A DNA stretch of 64,000 bases from Leidyana gryllorum EB-2025a (lineage: Eukaryota; Protista; Apicomplexa). Positions 11,142-23,324 of the stretch are shown here, piece after piece; positions within the stretch are counted from its first letter, which is position 1, and each line of letters opens with the position of its first letter. Location: positions 310,001 through 374,000 of the forward strand of contig JBLWGC010000213.1 in the NCBI GenBank assembly GCA_048772705.1, written 5' to 3'. Both the position numbers and the translations under genes were made by a program. The notes under the pieces are model-generated. The model was not told where the DNA came from, made no database searches, and saw only the letters and a list, made by a program, of their open reading frames with translations.

Positions 11142-12445
11142 CAAGAACTGGCACTAGCAGACGGCTGCGAGGTGGATTCCCGCGGCCGCGATGACGTTCC
11201 TTCGATGAAATCATCGAGGGGATCAAGATCCTCCAATTGATCTCTGTATACTTGACGTGCCCGTCCAATGACATCCTCATAGGCCGCCACATCCAATTCT
11301 TTGAAGGTTTTGACTTGCTTATAGGCGTCAAACACCATGTAGTCGAGGTTGGACTGAGCGGTGGAGACCAATTTATCAGAACCCATGTCTGTCGACTTAC
11401 CCCAAGATCGTATTTGACATGATGTTTCTTATCCACATTCGCTGCTCTAGCAAGCTTCTGCCATTGGTGAAACCGTAAGATCTATAGACAGAGTGCAACT
11501 GACGGGTATTCGTACGTCACCTACTCGTTCGTGATCGGCAATTCGTCTCTCCAAAGCGATATCGGCGACATAGTCGTGTTTCCGCCCAACCATCTAGAGT
11601 TAATGGGCACTAAAATTGCCCTCTGGACACGATTGTATCTCACCTCATCAAAAGTGTTTTGTTCATCCTCCAAACCTGCGTAGTTTGAAACCCAATCGGA
11701 TTCACATTGTTATTGGTCTTACGCTGCTGTGCCTCGGCGAATTCGCGCTCCATTTTCTCAACCTCGGCAACGAGGCCAGTATTGAGAAGCTCGGCAGCAT
11801 CGCCTTCTATTTGCAGGTTTTTGCTTTTGTTGAGGATGTCTCTAAGTTTGAGTTCGGCGCTGTCAATGATGCTCTGGTGCGTTTGTTTTGCTTTGCCGTT
11901 TGAGGCTAAATGCCATTCAAGCTGAAAGGTGGCTGTTGGCTATATGTTGTCGCTACCTACCAGCTCTTTCTCGCTCTGCAGAGTATCAGCTTTTTGTTTG
12001 AGGGTGACAGATTCCAGTTGGGCCTGCCGTGCTTCTTTGGCTATCCGTTGGCAGAGTTCATGAGTTTCTATGGACACAAGGAGTTTCTTGGCTCTGGGTT
12101 CTTTTTCTCTAATATGAGGTACTTTGTCGAAGAAAAGGGGGAGACGTTCACCACCTAAAGCGTATCGTGGTCGCATAGGGAGCTGCGTGAGACACTGAAT
12201 ACAATACCTTCCAAATACTGCCAGTTCAAGAGCTCTGGCCTCTCGTGCAAGTTGATCTCAGACGGAGCAGTTAAGTCACTGGCCTCTGCGGGGTCGAATC
12301 CGAGTCCGCGAGGGGCAGCACTGGATCGCTGACTGGAACCAGACTGCTTTGAAGGCTGATCGGCGGAACTAGATGCACTGTTAGTCTCATTGGGTCCACT
12401 GGACCCGGACGATTTTGATTGTGATCCTGGCTTTCGAGGCGGCAT
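11141..12445 (-). CDS. Hypothetical coiled-coil protein, about 6 exons
   Basis: A continuous frame can be rebuilt through GTA/GTG..AG introns: MPPRKPGS...EVEKMEREFAEAQQRLEDEQNTFDEM...SNLDYMVFDAY...SASASS-stop. Confidence 0.6.
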
Positions 12446-12521
12446 AGTGTTCAAGGTCTAGAAGTAAGGTTCTGGACCCTTACCCCACAACATGCATGTG
12501 GCATAAAAATTTCTTGTAAAA

Positions 12522-14085
12522 ATGGCTATGGAGGTAGCAGGGGACAATGAAGTCCCCGTGACGGTCATCGAGTCGCTCTGTACCCAATGTCACGAGAACG
12601 GCGAGACTCGAATGATGCTTACGCGGGTCCCTTTCTTCAGAGGTGAGTAGGGTCGGCCGGCGGCTTGATATTTTCCATTCCTCACTCACAGACCTGGTTG
12701 TTGCATCTTTCGAGTGCCCGCACTGCGGATACCGCAATAATGACTTGCAGCTCGCCTCCGAGATTCAACCCAAGGGAGGTCGCATCACATTGACAGTAGC
12801 CCAGCCTGCCGATTTAGATCGACAAGTGATCAAGTCGCAATTCGCATCGGTCATGTTGCCTGCTCTGGATTTCGAAATCCCGCCGCAGACTCAAAGTGGC
12901 GTAGCTTCGACTGTAGAGGGTATCATTTCCAAAGCGGCAGAGAATTTGCAGCAGGATCAGCCTGTTCGATTCCACATGGCACCTGATGTGGCCCAGAAGA
13001 TTCAGGGCATTATCGACAAACTAAAGTCGCTTCTAGACCGGAACAATGAACACTGGGAGTCTTTCACTTTTGTGGTCGACGACCCGTCGGGTAATTCGTT
13101 CATTGAGAATCCCACAGCCCCAGCCCAGGACCCCTGTTTGAACACTAAACTGTATGAACGGACAAAGGAGCAACTTCATGCGATGGGCTACTGGGAAGAG
13201 CAAGCAGAGGAAGACAACAAGGCAGGCGCTGACCTCCCTGAAAATCTCAAGAGCTCTCACTGGAACTTAGCCGCCCCCTTGGAGGACAATGAAGCTGACG
13301 TCGAGGGTAAAGTGTGCATCCCGATGGAGTGCCCCCACTGTGGAAAGATCGGGCAACAGAATATGTGTCAGATTGACATCCCAGGCTTCCGTGAATGCAT
13401 CGTCATGGCATTTGTCTGCGATTCCTGTGGATCTAAATCTAACGAGGTCAAGGCCGGGGGGGCCATAGGGAACAAAGCCAAGAAATGGACCTTGAACGCC
13501 ACCAGTCCAGAAGATCTAAGTCGGGATGTTCTCAAAAGTGACATGGCGGGAATAGAGTTGCCAGCTCTTGAATTGAAGTTGGAGCACGGGAGCCTTGGCG
13601 GCCTTTTCACAACAGTCGAGGGTCTTCTCACCAAAATTGCTGACGAACTTCAAGACAAGTTCCCGTTTGTCGGTGACTCAGCCCTTCCCGAACGTCGAGC
13701 TAAAATCGAGTCGCTCGTAAGCGAACTGCGAAAGGTGAGTAACCTCAGTTTATGGCTACGACGCAAATAATGACAATGTCACAGATGGCCGCCGGACAAA
13801 CCCTACCATTTACTCTGATCATTGATGATCCAGCGGATCATAGTCACATTGGCAGACGGGGTGCAGAGATTCTTTTCCTCACAAAGGGGAAGGAGCTCTC
13901 CAAAGAACAGGAGAAAGCACTTCTCAATGACTCTTCCTTCAATCCCGATACCACTTTGGTAAGATTCCTATCTCCATCAAATTCTGGGCACATCATACAC
14001 ACTCCAGGAGGTGGAAACCTATCCACGCACTGAGGAGCAGAATGACATGCTAGGCATCAACGACATGAAGGTCGATGACTATTAG
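12522..14085 (+). CDS. ZPR1: Zinc finger protein ZPR1
   Basis: IESLCTQC..TRVPFFR, FECPHCGYRNN, DLDRQVIKS, DDPSGNSFIEN, a second CPHC/CDSC finger, and C-terminal QNDMLGINDMKVDDY. Confidence 0.97.
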
Positions 14086-14105
14086 AGCCAGCCCATCACA
14101 TAATT

Positions 14106-15078
14106 TCATTTTCCGTCTGGATTCTCCGTCAGTTCGGCCTTGAATTGCTCCATGGTATATATGTGGGCATTCGCAATTTTGTTGACCCGTGCGTTGCCTG
14201 GCATTCCCGGAACATCGCTCTTGATTCGTCCCGGGCCCCGTCTGCGAGGCTTACGCTTGCTGCAAGACAACGGCAATGGAAATTGTGTTCGCACACACAG
14301 AAACAACCAACCTTTCAAGCTGACTCAATTGGTTCTTGACCTTCATATCATCCAGAATGGCTTCCATGGCCGGGAGGGTTACCTGCACGACAGTGGCATT
14401 CGAGAACAACAGTCTCCACCACCGTACCGATGCCCAGAGTTCTTTGAGATCTTCATCTAAGGCGTAGGTGGCGTCATCGCCTTCCACCTCTGGATCCTCA
14501 GAGTCGGGTCGTGCTTTGTTGTACACGATCAGCCCTTTCAAGACGGCGCAATTGTCACATTTCTTGGACCGAGGTTCATACAGATCACAGAAGAAGCCGC
14601 TTTCAGTTGTGAAGTTTTTGCACCGCACTTGTTTTACGGCCCGAATGGCCCGTATCTGCTTAGTCTCCAAAAGCTGTTGGATCCAATCGGCCATTAATGG
14701 ATTGTGGTCCAACAACTCTTGTGACACATCCAATCCATCTGGTTCTTTTCGAATACCCATCAGAAGAGTTTCTTTACTGGTGAAATCGGCATAGGGCGAT
14801 TTGAAACTCCATCGACGAGTTCTCTGGTCATACTCCAATCGCGAGTTGCCCCTCAGGATGGACACAAAGGCAGAATCAGCGAACAAAGCGACATAATACT
14901 CAATCCCGTGGTTTCGACTGGCACAGGCGTGCATCATCGCAGTCTGCAAATCAGTTGTGGTCAGCGGTCTTCCGCTCTGCTTGAGGACCTCTTGGCATTT
15001 CAGGAGCAGGTACCCCATGGACTGCCCCTGGAGCAAACGCTCCGAGACCACTGGTGGAGCTCGTTGGCCAACTTGCAT
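14106..15078 (-). CDS. GTF2E2: Transcription initiation factor IIE subunit beta
   Basis: Winged-helix pattern LRGNSRLEYD..WSFKSPY..SKETLL..GLDV..LLD, then DEDLKELWASV.LP, a basic C-terminus and NAHI. Confidence 0.8.
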
Positions 15079-15152
15079 CTTGCAAATTTTGCCAGCACCT
15101 TGGTTGCACGTTGCATGTCCGAGTTATTCTTTGGTGTTCAAAAGTGAGTTAG

Positions 15153-16322
15153 ATGCCTGTTGATCATAGTCAATGCACACAGCGGTACCCTATCATGGCT
15201 GCACATCCCGGCTGTCATCATGCTGGGGGCTCTCGACTTTGTTTTAGCCTACTACCTGGAGCGGGCCATCCTTCCTGTCATCATTACCCTAGTGTGCGAC
15301 CCACGCCGTGCGCAAATATGTCACAGTGTGCTCCTGTGACGACGAGTGCGCAGTCTGGACCGAATTGCTCTCACTCGTTCCAGTGCACCCAGTCGTCGAT
15401 TCACTATCCCCAGTCGTCGATGGCTCCACCACAGTGTTACCCGCCTCCTCAAGTGCCCCAAGCACAACCCTGGGGTTGTCACTCTCAAGCGCAGAACGCT
15501 CCAGTTGCCTCCTGGGGCGGCTATTGTCAACCAAACACAGCAACAGCAGTAGCGCTCCATCAGCCACCGACCGTTCCACCTGCCTGTCCCTACACCAACA
15601 TGACAGCTGGGAGAATTCAGGCGCGGCAGAACATCCCCATTCCCTCTCAGTGGCGAGTGGCAGCCCGCGTACCTTTGGGTCCTTCAGAGTCGAGTAGTTC
15701 AGAAGAAGAGGACGAGTCAGAAACCAGTTGGACGAGATCGTCAACCGAGTCGTCCACCGCCTCCGAGCCTCCTTTCAGAGAGACTAATGTACCGGGCCCC
15801 ACCACCGAGAGTACCGGTGGAGTCCCGAGTCCCGTAGGTTCGAGACCTCCAACCCCGACTCTCAGATCGTCGAGGCGCGCTATGACTTATGCGGGGGGCT
15901 GGAGATCGCCGGGTATGTCATCTGTTGTGTCGAGCGGCCGGCGGGCACCTCCGATGCAAAGTCGCATGGCGTCTCCCCAGGAGGCGGCGGCGGCGGCCGA
16001 GACAGCTCCGACAGCGCATCAGCGCAAGACAGTGCAGCTTGAGAAAGAGCCTCGCGGCATCAGCGAAAAGAAGCGCAAGTTGCGGCTGCAGCAAAAGAAG
16101 CCTCCAGCTGAACCGTTGATTGTCAAAACATATCAACGGAGACTGAAGAGGCTCGAATCTGAAGACGAAGCTCCCCGGCGCAATGCTTACCGCATGATGC
16201 AGCGAGAGCTCCTCCTCAGTCGACCATACTATCACCACGAGTTGCCCACCATCAACTCACTGATCGAATGCGCGGTACCGGAGATGTTTGTACCCCCGTG
16301 TCTCTCCACGACTCCACGGTAA
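15153..16322 (+). CDS. Low-complexity hypothetical protein
   Basis: 389-aa ORF with Cys/His/Pro/Gln-rich N-terminus, Ser/Glu tract and basic C-terminus. Confidence 0.55.
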   Translation: MPVDHSQCTQRYPIMAAHPGCHHAGGSRLCFSLLPGAGHPSCHHYPSVRPTPCANMSQCAPVTTSAQSGPNCSHSFQCTQSSIHYPQSSMAPPQCYPPPQVPQAQPWGCHSQAQNAPVASWGGYCQPNTATAVALHQPPTVPPACPYTNMTAGRIQARQNIPIPSQWRVAARVPLGPSESSSSEEEDESETSWTRSSTESSTASEPPFRETNVPGPTTESTGGVPSPVGSRPPTPTLRSSRRAMTYAGGWRSPGMSSVVSSGRRAPPMQSRMASPQEAAAAAETAPTAHQRKTVQLEKEPRGISEKKRKLRLQQKKPPAEPLIVKTYQRRLKRLESEDEAPRRNAYRMMQRELLLSRPYYHHELPTINSLIECAVPEMFVPPCLSTTPR

Positions 16323-16422
16323 GCGAAAGAGTTTCCTCCTATTTTCGATCGATATCCAATTTTAGGTATCATATTGTGCGTCCCACGAGCGACCAGCCGA
16401 TTCCGATGTCCTAAAAAAGGCA

Positions 16423-17078
16423 ATGGCAACGAAAGTTGTGTTGGGATCCAAGTCGTCGGGTCGCAAGAGCCTGCTGGAGGAAAATGGGTTTGATGTGGTT
16501 TGCTGCTTACCGAGCGACATTGACGAGTCTCAGATAACGGCAGACAATCTCTCGGAACTTGTCACCAAAATCACTGAAGCAAAGACAAACCGCGTATTGG
16601 AGACCCTAAAAGAGAATCCAGTCGATGCCGATGTGTTGGTCTGCGGCGACATAGTGTGCTACAACAAGGCTGGAGATGCGCTGGGGAAACCCAAATCTCG
16701 AGAGGAGGCCATTGAGTGGTATGAAGACTATAGCAAAAACCGGCTATCCGGCACAGTACAGTGTTTGGAGGTGGTCAATCTGCGGACCGGCTGTCGGGTA
16801 CGTTGAGGGTCGAACTTGTGGTCTCACAACTATTGTCTCCTCCCTTCCTTTTGCAGAAATCCGGCCAAGATATCACAAAGATCCATTTCGCCAAGGATCT
16901 CGATCGCTCCAAATACGATGATTTTCTCGACAATACACCCGCCATGCGAGCTGCCGGAGCGATGCTCATCGAGCATCCCTTTTTCGTGGAAGCTACTGGA
17001 GAGATCGAAGGAGATACTGATAGTATAATCGGTCTGTCTATGCGACTTTTCAGAGAACTGCTAAGCGCGGTGCAATGA
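16423..17078 (+). CDS. Maf-like nucleoside triphosphate pyrophosphatase
   Basis: VVLGSKSSGRKSLL, SDIDE, AK, LGKP, AAGA, IEGDTDSIIGL; intron 16798-16856. Confidence 0.92.
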
Positions 17079-17253
17079 ACAATACAATGGGGGAATGGTT
17101 TTTGCCAAAGGGGAGGGGGGATGACCTCAAACCGGCCCACACACTCACCAACGTGGAACGCATGCGTCTCTGGTCGCGAGCAAAGGCTGACTGACCATTG
17201 ATTGGTTGTTGAGTACACTACACTTCGCAGTTCGCCCTCCGCCCTTAACCCGC

Positions 17254-18398
17254 TCAACACATCATGTAGGCCTCTCTGCATTGCCAGTTGACGGGTGGGG
17301 TTCCCTTCTTGAAGCGCACCGCGCCTAAAGATCCTTCCCGGTCGAATTGGCTGTCGAAGCCCGGTATCTCCTTAACATAGGTGCCAAGCTGGGGGACGTC
17401 AGCATTGAGCTGTTGAACATTCGTGTTGACATCGAGCAGGAGGAGCTTCTCGACGCCGTAAATTTGTGCCGCGATCCGTGCAGCCCCGATGAGAGCTTCG
17501 GCAGCAGATCTGTTGCCGTTTGTTCGGATCCGAGACACATATAACGGTTTCTTGACAATGTAATGGTGCCACAGAATGAACGCAGGGCACTCGGAGTCGG
17601 GTGTCTCAATCATAGCCCCACAGAAGGGGGTGGGATGTTCACCCGGTCGCATGAGAAGAGACTGCGCAGCCACATAATGATATGCCTCCGGATCGACCAC
17701 CATAGTCCCCTCCGGTGCGTTTTCCATCTCGTTGATGAGTGCGTTGCGATCGCGGCGCAGAATATCATCCAATACTTCGCCTGGATCGAACGATTGGTGA
17801 TCGTCCGAAATGCGGCCCTGAGGAATCAATGTTAGATTATTCGCCTTGGCGAATGCAATCAAATCTGTGCATTCCTGGTTGGGGAGGAACTCCGTAGAGA
17901 TGTTAGGCACCAGCTGGAAACCTATCCGAGAATAGTAATCCCCAACGGCCGACAACAGAAAGGCCACTCCACAGTCATCAGCATCATCGATGAGAGGTTC
18001 CAAATCCTTAATCATTTTAGTTCCGATTCCTTTCCCGTGCAGCTGGCTGTCCACTGAAACGCCGACGACTGCTGTAACGAACTGGAAGCAAACAGAACAG
18101 ATTGACACTTCAGTTGCCGAACAAAGCTGCTTACGGTGTCTTCGACCTTCTTTCGGCCGTCCTCGGCAGCTCTGGTGACCAAAGCTCTTCGTCGCATCAG
18201 AGAACAACTGGCCACGACGTCGGCGTGGTCAGCTGGCTGATTGTCCTCGTGGTAGGCGAATACTTTCCATTGTCCGATAACACGGGCACAGCACTGAAAC
18301 TTGACAAAATCCTCCTTGGGCACACCCACTCCCCAGAAAACCGATTGGAAGCCACAGATAGTCGGCAGCTGGTCGTCGGTCGCTAGTGACAATGGCAT
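17254..18398 (-). CDS. GNAT acetyltransferase, Lyc1-like architecture
   Basis: Acetyl-CoA motif VGVSVDSQLHGKGIGTKMI and LLSAVGDYYSRIGF; second-domain AFILWHH..LYVSRI; one intron near 18.1 kb. Confidence 0.8.
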
Positions 18399-18432
18399 GG
18401 AGGAAAAAAAGTGTTTATTGAAGACCTGTCTT

Positions 18433-20177
18433 CTAAGAGGCGTGGCTGGCCCCATCTTGCTCATCCGCATGCTCCCTGATGGATCCCAGAGGGGGCACTC
18501 TATGTGGTCGACGACCTCCCGAGTTGCGGGGAACGGGTATGTTGATCTCGGGCCGATCAGTGGTGCCACCACCGTTCGCAAGCATCTTGGTTCGGATAAT
18601 GCTGACTACCTCAGATGTGGTTTTCGCCGTTGGACGATGCAGCCCATTAGCATTCATCTGCCTCCCCACCGTTGGCGCGTCCAAAACTTGAACAGCAAAC
18701 TCCGTGATCCCCAGATCGCGGATAAGTCTGCAAAATGGTTGCGTAAGTGGGTCAAAGTGGGTCAGTGGGGGGGGGTAACCGTGTGTGTCAAAGTGTGTGT
18801 GCCAAAGTGTGTGTGTGTGTGTGAATCAGGCGTAAGATCCGCACCACATTACAGAGAGTCAGGGACAACTTACGCATCTTCTGGGAGGGCTTCACGGCTC
18901 CAGTCGGGTCGTTTGATACGTCTCTGGCCGTCGGTGGCGCGTATGCCGAGGGGCGACGGCATTGTCGGGGCAACATCGGTCACAGCGGGGTAGAGTTCCC
19001 ACAGACAGGAAAGGAAGAGGGCGAGATTAGCATCGCCATTCTTTAGATACGCCCGGCTATTCAAGACGTCTCGCAAGCCTTGTATGGTGGAAGCCACAGT
19101 CTCGTCTCGAGACACCCGGAAGTCGAAGCGGCAACGGGGCGCTGAGACGGCCGCGGCCGAGGAGACAGGCGGCAAGAATGCCGAGAGGCTCGTTACCGAA
19201 TTGCTGGTGGTCGGAGCCGACGTCATAGGCATAATCTCATCAACGTAATACGGGGGGAAGTAGACACTCAGGACGAAACCGTCGCCCATTAGGGGTGGAC
19301 GCGCTGCACTGGAGAGATTGGGATCGCCGAGATTGTTGCGGTCGTTGCCCGACTCCGCTTCGTCATCGCCCCAGTTCTCCGCTTCTTCCATCGGAATTTC
19401 AGAGAAGTCTGAGTTCTCGGTGGAGGAGATGCGGAGTTGTTGGCCGGAGCGGAAAGACTGATCGAAGGGATCGTCATCAGCGGGTGTCTCGGGAGACCAC
19501 ATCTCCCTGCGTCCTCTGTGCATGTCGACATTACGAGCCGTTTCGGGCGGAGGGCCCTCGTTTTCACGAGGATCGCTTGTAGAGGCAAAGAGAGACGTGA
19601 GCTTACTCGGGCCCCGAGACTGCAGGAAGGGTTCGGGCATCTCACCTGCCGCGGTTTCTTGGGGGGGTTCCACTCTGGCGGTTGGAAGTTTGCGCGAGCG
19701 GATTCGACAGGCTTCGTCAGTCAGCAAGTGGGCTCGAGTTATGAGGCCTCGCACCGGTTTATGGAGAATGACTTTGAGTTCGGGTTCTTCCGGGTCAAAG
19801 CGATCGCCCGGCCAGGATCGTCGTCTGGGGAGGCGCCGCGGGAAGGCCATTTGTGGATAGGAGGGTCGTCGTCCAATGGGTGCGGGTTTGGGGTTGATCA
19901 CTACTGCATCTGGCGACTCTTCGATCTCTTTGATGAGGGCCTGGATGTCGGGAGAACTCATAAGAGCATCATAGGTCAACGTTCGCTCGAAAGACTCGAA
20001 TAGGTTAGCCACAAACTCCAGCTCTCCCCGCAGATCTCGCGTCCGTTGCATATATGCCTCGTCATCCGGCACATCTGCCCAGAGTTTAGTGGGCAAAGAC
20101 GTCAGGGGTCCCAGGGGAGCAGCATCCGCTGGGGGCAGGATCGACAATCTGGGGAATAAGGCGCCAAAAAAGGGCAT
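18433..20177 (-). CDS. Hypothetical protein with a possible SIN1 CRIM-like (ubiquitin-fold) domain
   Basis: After intron 18728-18873 the sequence reads FRVSRDETVASTI..WELYPA..PDWSREALPEDALIRDLGITEFAVQV. Confidence 0.4.
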
Positions 20178-20214
20178 CAGCAAACATTGGTGCTAATCTG
20201 CACCCTATAGCAGG

Positions 20215-21858
20215 ATGTCTGTCTACTACAGAATGCGTCGTTGGTATGACCACTGGCTGGTCTTACTACGATTTCACGGGTCGGTCGTACCGCGCGCCTT
20301 CCTCTCATTGACATGCGCGACTACCCTCAATTACATCTACCACACACAACTCATAGATTGGTCACTAGAAGCCACTGACAAGTTACGCAATCCTGTGGGC
20401 TTCAACTTCTTCATGCAGACAGCCTCTTTCATTCTGGCATTCACAACGGGAATCTGCTACAACAGGTTTTGGGAGGCTTTGGGACATTTGTACACCATGT
20501 CGAGTTGCGCATTCTCACTCGCGAGTATGGTGGTTGCCACCACCCACTCGAAAAGTGCCGCCACCGCCGGTCAGCAACTCAAACTATGGAGGGTCGACAT
20601 GCTGCACAACATCTCTCTTCTTCATGCCGTCTCTATCCAAAGTCTCTTCACCGAACACGTGCGAGCCCCGCTCGATGTCTTGGGAGCTATGAGCGAGTCC
20701 GAGGCGGCTGACTTGGCATCGGTATTTGACCAAACTTCTCTCGTCGGCCACTGGGTCCACTGTGGAATCAGTTACCTCAGCCACGATGACATCAATATCA
20801 GCACGGCAATTATGTCTCAAATGTTCAGCATCATGAACACCTTTCATGTTGCCTACGGCAACGCCATCAAAGTCAGCCGAGTACCCCTCCCACTCAGCTT
20901 CCAACAGACACTCGCCTGGGCAGATCTCATAGTCATTGTCTTCACTCCCTTGTGTATCGCGGCTTTCACCCCCGATCTTTTCCTCAGTATGGGGTTGACT
21001 GTGGTCACCACACTCATCTACCACGGAGCCTTCCTGGCCGATCTCAGCATGCAGCAACCATTCGGTGATAAGACCACCGATCTGCCCCTCGTAGCTGTAC
21101 ACAGATCCTTCACAGCGCGCATCCTCTCCATTCTGACCCCCGAATTGGCAGGGGGACTCGCCGCTCACACTACAGAGACACTCAAAACTCCAGGCTACGG
21201 TGAAAGACTGCGCGCTATGAGCATCCCAGAGAACTTTGTCGCCCGCAGCAGCATCGACTTCCCAAAGAAACTGCGCTCGGATCCGATCGACCGTATTTCT
21301 GACATACCCACCTACGGGGATGCGGGCGGTCCACGTGTCTCGGCCACTCTCAACTTGTTGAGGGCCACTCTCCAGGGAGAGAGCTTCCCACCGGAGCTGA
21401 CTCGAGCGAGCTCACGACGCACCTCGATGCTCAGGAAGCCGTTTGTTGCCGATCTACCCGTCCCGAAACCCGAAGGCTTATTCTACGAAGGGAAGCTGCT
21501 TTCCAAAGAAGTACTCATTCCCGAAGATCAGATGGCTAGGAACAAAGAGCCACCCCGACTGGCAAAGGCAGGGAAAGAAAAAGTTGTACCCGAGCTCGGC
21601 CCACAAAGCTCCATTCTCACTGTCACCGGATCACCTCGCCAGTCACCACGATTACACCACAGATCCAGCAAAGAGACGCGACCACCCATCTCACTCTCTA
21701 TGACCAATCGACCCGCTGGTACTTTCGAGCGACCACCAACTCCCCGTACCGCTGCCGCCAGACCCAGCGCGACCTTCGATCGCACTCTCACTCCACGAAT
21801 AGAGCTTCAACGCAGTTCCGACGCACCCAATCGTTCGCCGCCTGCGCCAAATTCGTAA
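20215..21858 (+). CDS. Bestrophin-family anion channel
   Basis: FILAFTTGICYNRFWEA, IKVSRVPLPLSF, MQQPFGDKTTDLPL; four hydrophobic segments; intronless. Confidence 0.92.
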   Translation: MSVYYRMRRWYDHWLVLLRFHGSVVPRAFLSLTCATTLNYIYHTQLIDWSLEATDKLRNPVGFNFFMQTASFILAFTTGICYNRFWEALGHLYTMSSCAFSLASMVVATTHSKSAATAGQQLKLWRVDMLHNISLLHAVSIQSLFTEHVRAPLDVLGAMSESEAADLASVFDQTSLVGHWVHCGISYLSHDDINISTAIMSQMFSIMNTFHVAYGNAIKVSRVPLPLSFQQTLAWADLIVIVFTPLCIAAFTPDLFLSMGLTVVTTLIYHGAFLADLSMQQPFGDKTTDLPLVAVHRSFTARILSILTPELAGGLAAHTTETLKTPGYGERLRAMSIPENFVARSSIDFPKKLRSDPIDRISDIPTYGDAGGPRVSATLNLLRATLQGESFPPELTRASSRRTSMLRKPFVADLPVPKPEGLFYEGKLLSKEVLIPEDQMARNKEPPRLAKAGKEKVVPELGPQSSILTVTGSPRQSPRLHHRSSKETRPPISLSMTNRPAGTFERPPTPRTAAARPSATFDRTLTPRIELQRSSDAPNRSPPAPNS

Positions 21859-22027
21859 TTGGACGGGAGAAAAACCAACTGCGACGACGCTCCATTCCCA
21901 ACTCGCCGCCTTGGCGTCAATGGACCCGCCGGCCTTCTGACGGATACGAGAGCAGTGACACTTACCTCTCGGCTTATCAGCTGAAGAACCGACTCGGGCA
22001 TTCTTGACAAAACAAAGATATCCAGGG

Positions 22028-22183
22028 CTGTCACCACTCAGCAGTCCCGGGCCTTGACTGCTCCTCCGCATGTCGCATAGAGACCCGAGACGCTGTCATC
22101 CTCGTGGTTTGAGTTGGTTGCAGAGTATTTCTGCTGAGACAGTGCGGTGGACTGAAGAACAGATCCCTTGAAGCACAGTCGCT
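22028..22183. repeat. Direct repeat copy A (pairs with 24688-24843)
   Basis: About 93 bp identical (acgctgtcatcctcgtgg...gaagcacagtcgct), plus about 60 bp of colinear diverged flank. Confidence 0.95.
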
Positions 22184-23324
22184 GAGTTTTTTGTCCATTA
22201 TCGGCACGGATATGCGTGTGCGAAAACGAGGTGCCCAAACCGTGGCCCATATATCCGGAATAATTCAATTTGAAAGGTCACACCTTACAATCCTGTGCCC
22301 ACGTAGCCAATCGTCACAGCACAAGCGTTTGGTTGGGTAATTACGTCTCCCAAACGTGTGTTATCACACGTTTCTGACTGAAACTGATTGAAGTGCAGCT
22401 GCCAATATCTATGCTGACGGCGCAAGATAGCCCTAGTCGACTGTTGACTATCAGCGGGCAAGTGTCACCAGCCCGTAATTATCATATCACTCCCCATCCT
22501 GCCCAATGCTTCCGCGACTCCCAGAAGTGCAGATAGCTCAGTCTCGAGCAGGCTAAGAAGGAGAGCCCAGTTGGGGTATACTTTGGGTGGTGCAGGAGGA
22601 TGTTTGTCGATTGTCTACCGCCATGAGCCTTGTTGCACCAAATGTTGTCGGAGAAGGTGGCCTTTGAAGCACTACGGGCCAGTACCCCGGACGTCTTTGA
22701 GGTGATCCAAGGATGTACTCTACAAGGTGATCCTGGGGTTCTGTCCACTTGGAGCGGGGCGGACTTGGATCTCCTTACTCATCAACGGGTTTTGTCCCGA
22801 CAATCCTTTGTCATTGCCCCTCCCATACGTGGCGGATTATGGAGCTACCTGAAGGAGTGCGCTGACTGTATGTAGACAGTTATTACCACCTGCATAGTGG
22901 CGGAATCGTCGCTTGTGGCTGTCTGTACACGTTGCGTTTATTCTCATCGCGGTGCTGCCTGGCGATATGCCATCGGTGTGATGCACCGGTGGCAACATTC
23001 CTTAGTGCCCCGCGCATATGAATGCTCATATTGCAGCGCCGGGGGTACCCCTTGATGGTCTCCACCGTATCAGGCAGTTCACTGGGTAGAACAAAGGTGC
23101 TTTCGCGCCTCCTTTGAGATCCGCAGCTGGATGGGTAACCCGGTATTCCTGCATTCTGAGGCTCCGCCGCCCTCTCTCGATAGCACAGGGCATTGCGGTA
23201 AGCCAGTCAGTATATCATTCAAGTCCCACTCAAAGCTGAGCTGATTTATTGGGAGCTATCTAATCTAATTAGCAGGGTGCAAGTGTTCATTATTGCTTAA
23301 CGTATACTGGAAAGGTGCACACCA

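Noticed and set aside
22030-22045. Conserved Cys-TGA in both repeat copies as selenocysteine or readthrough
   Set aside because: Copy B has another in-frame stop, the downstream sequences diverge, and no SECIS was recognised.
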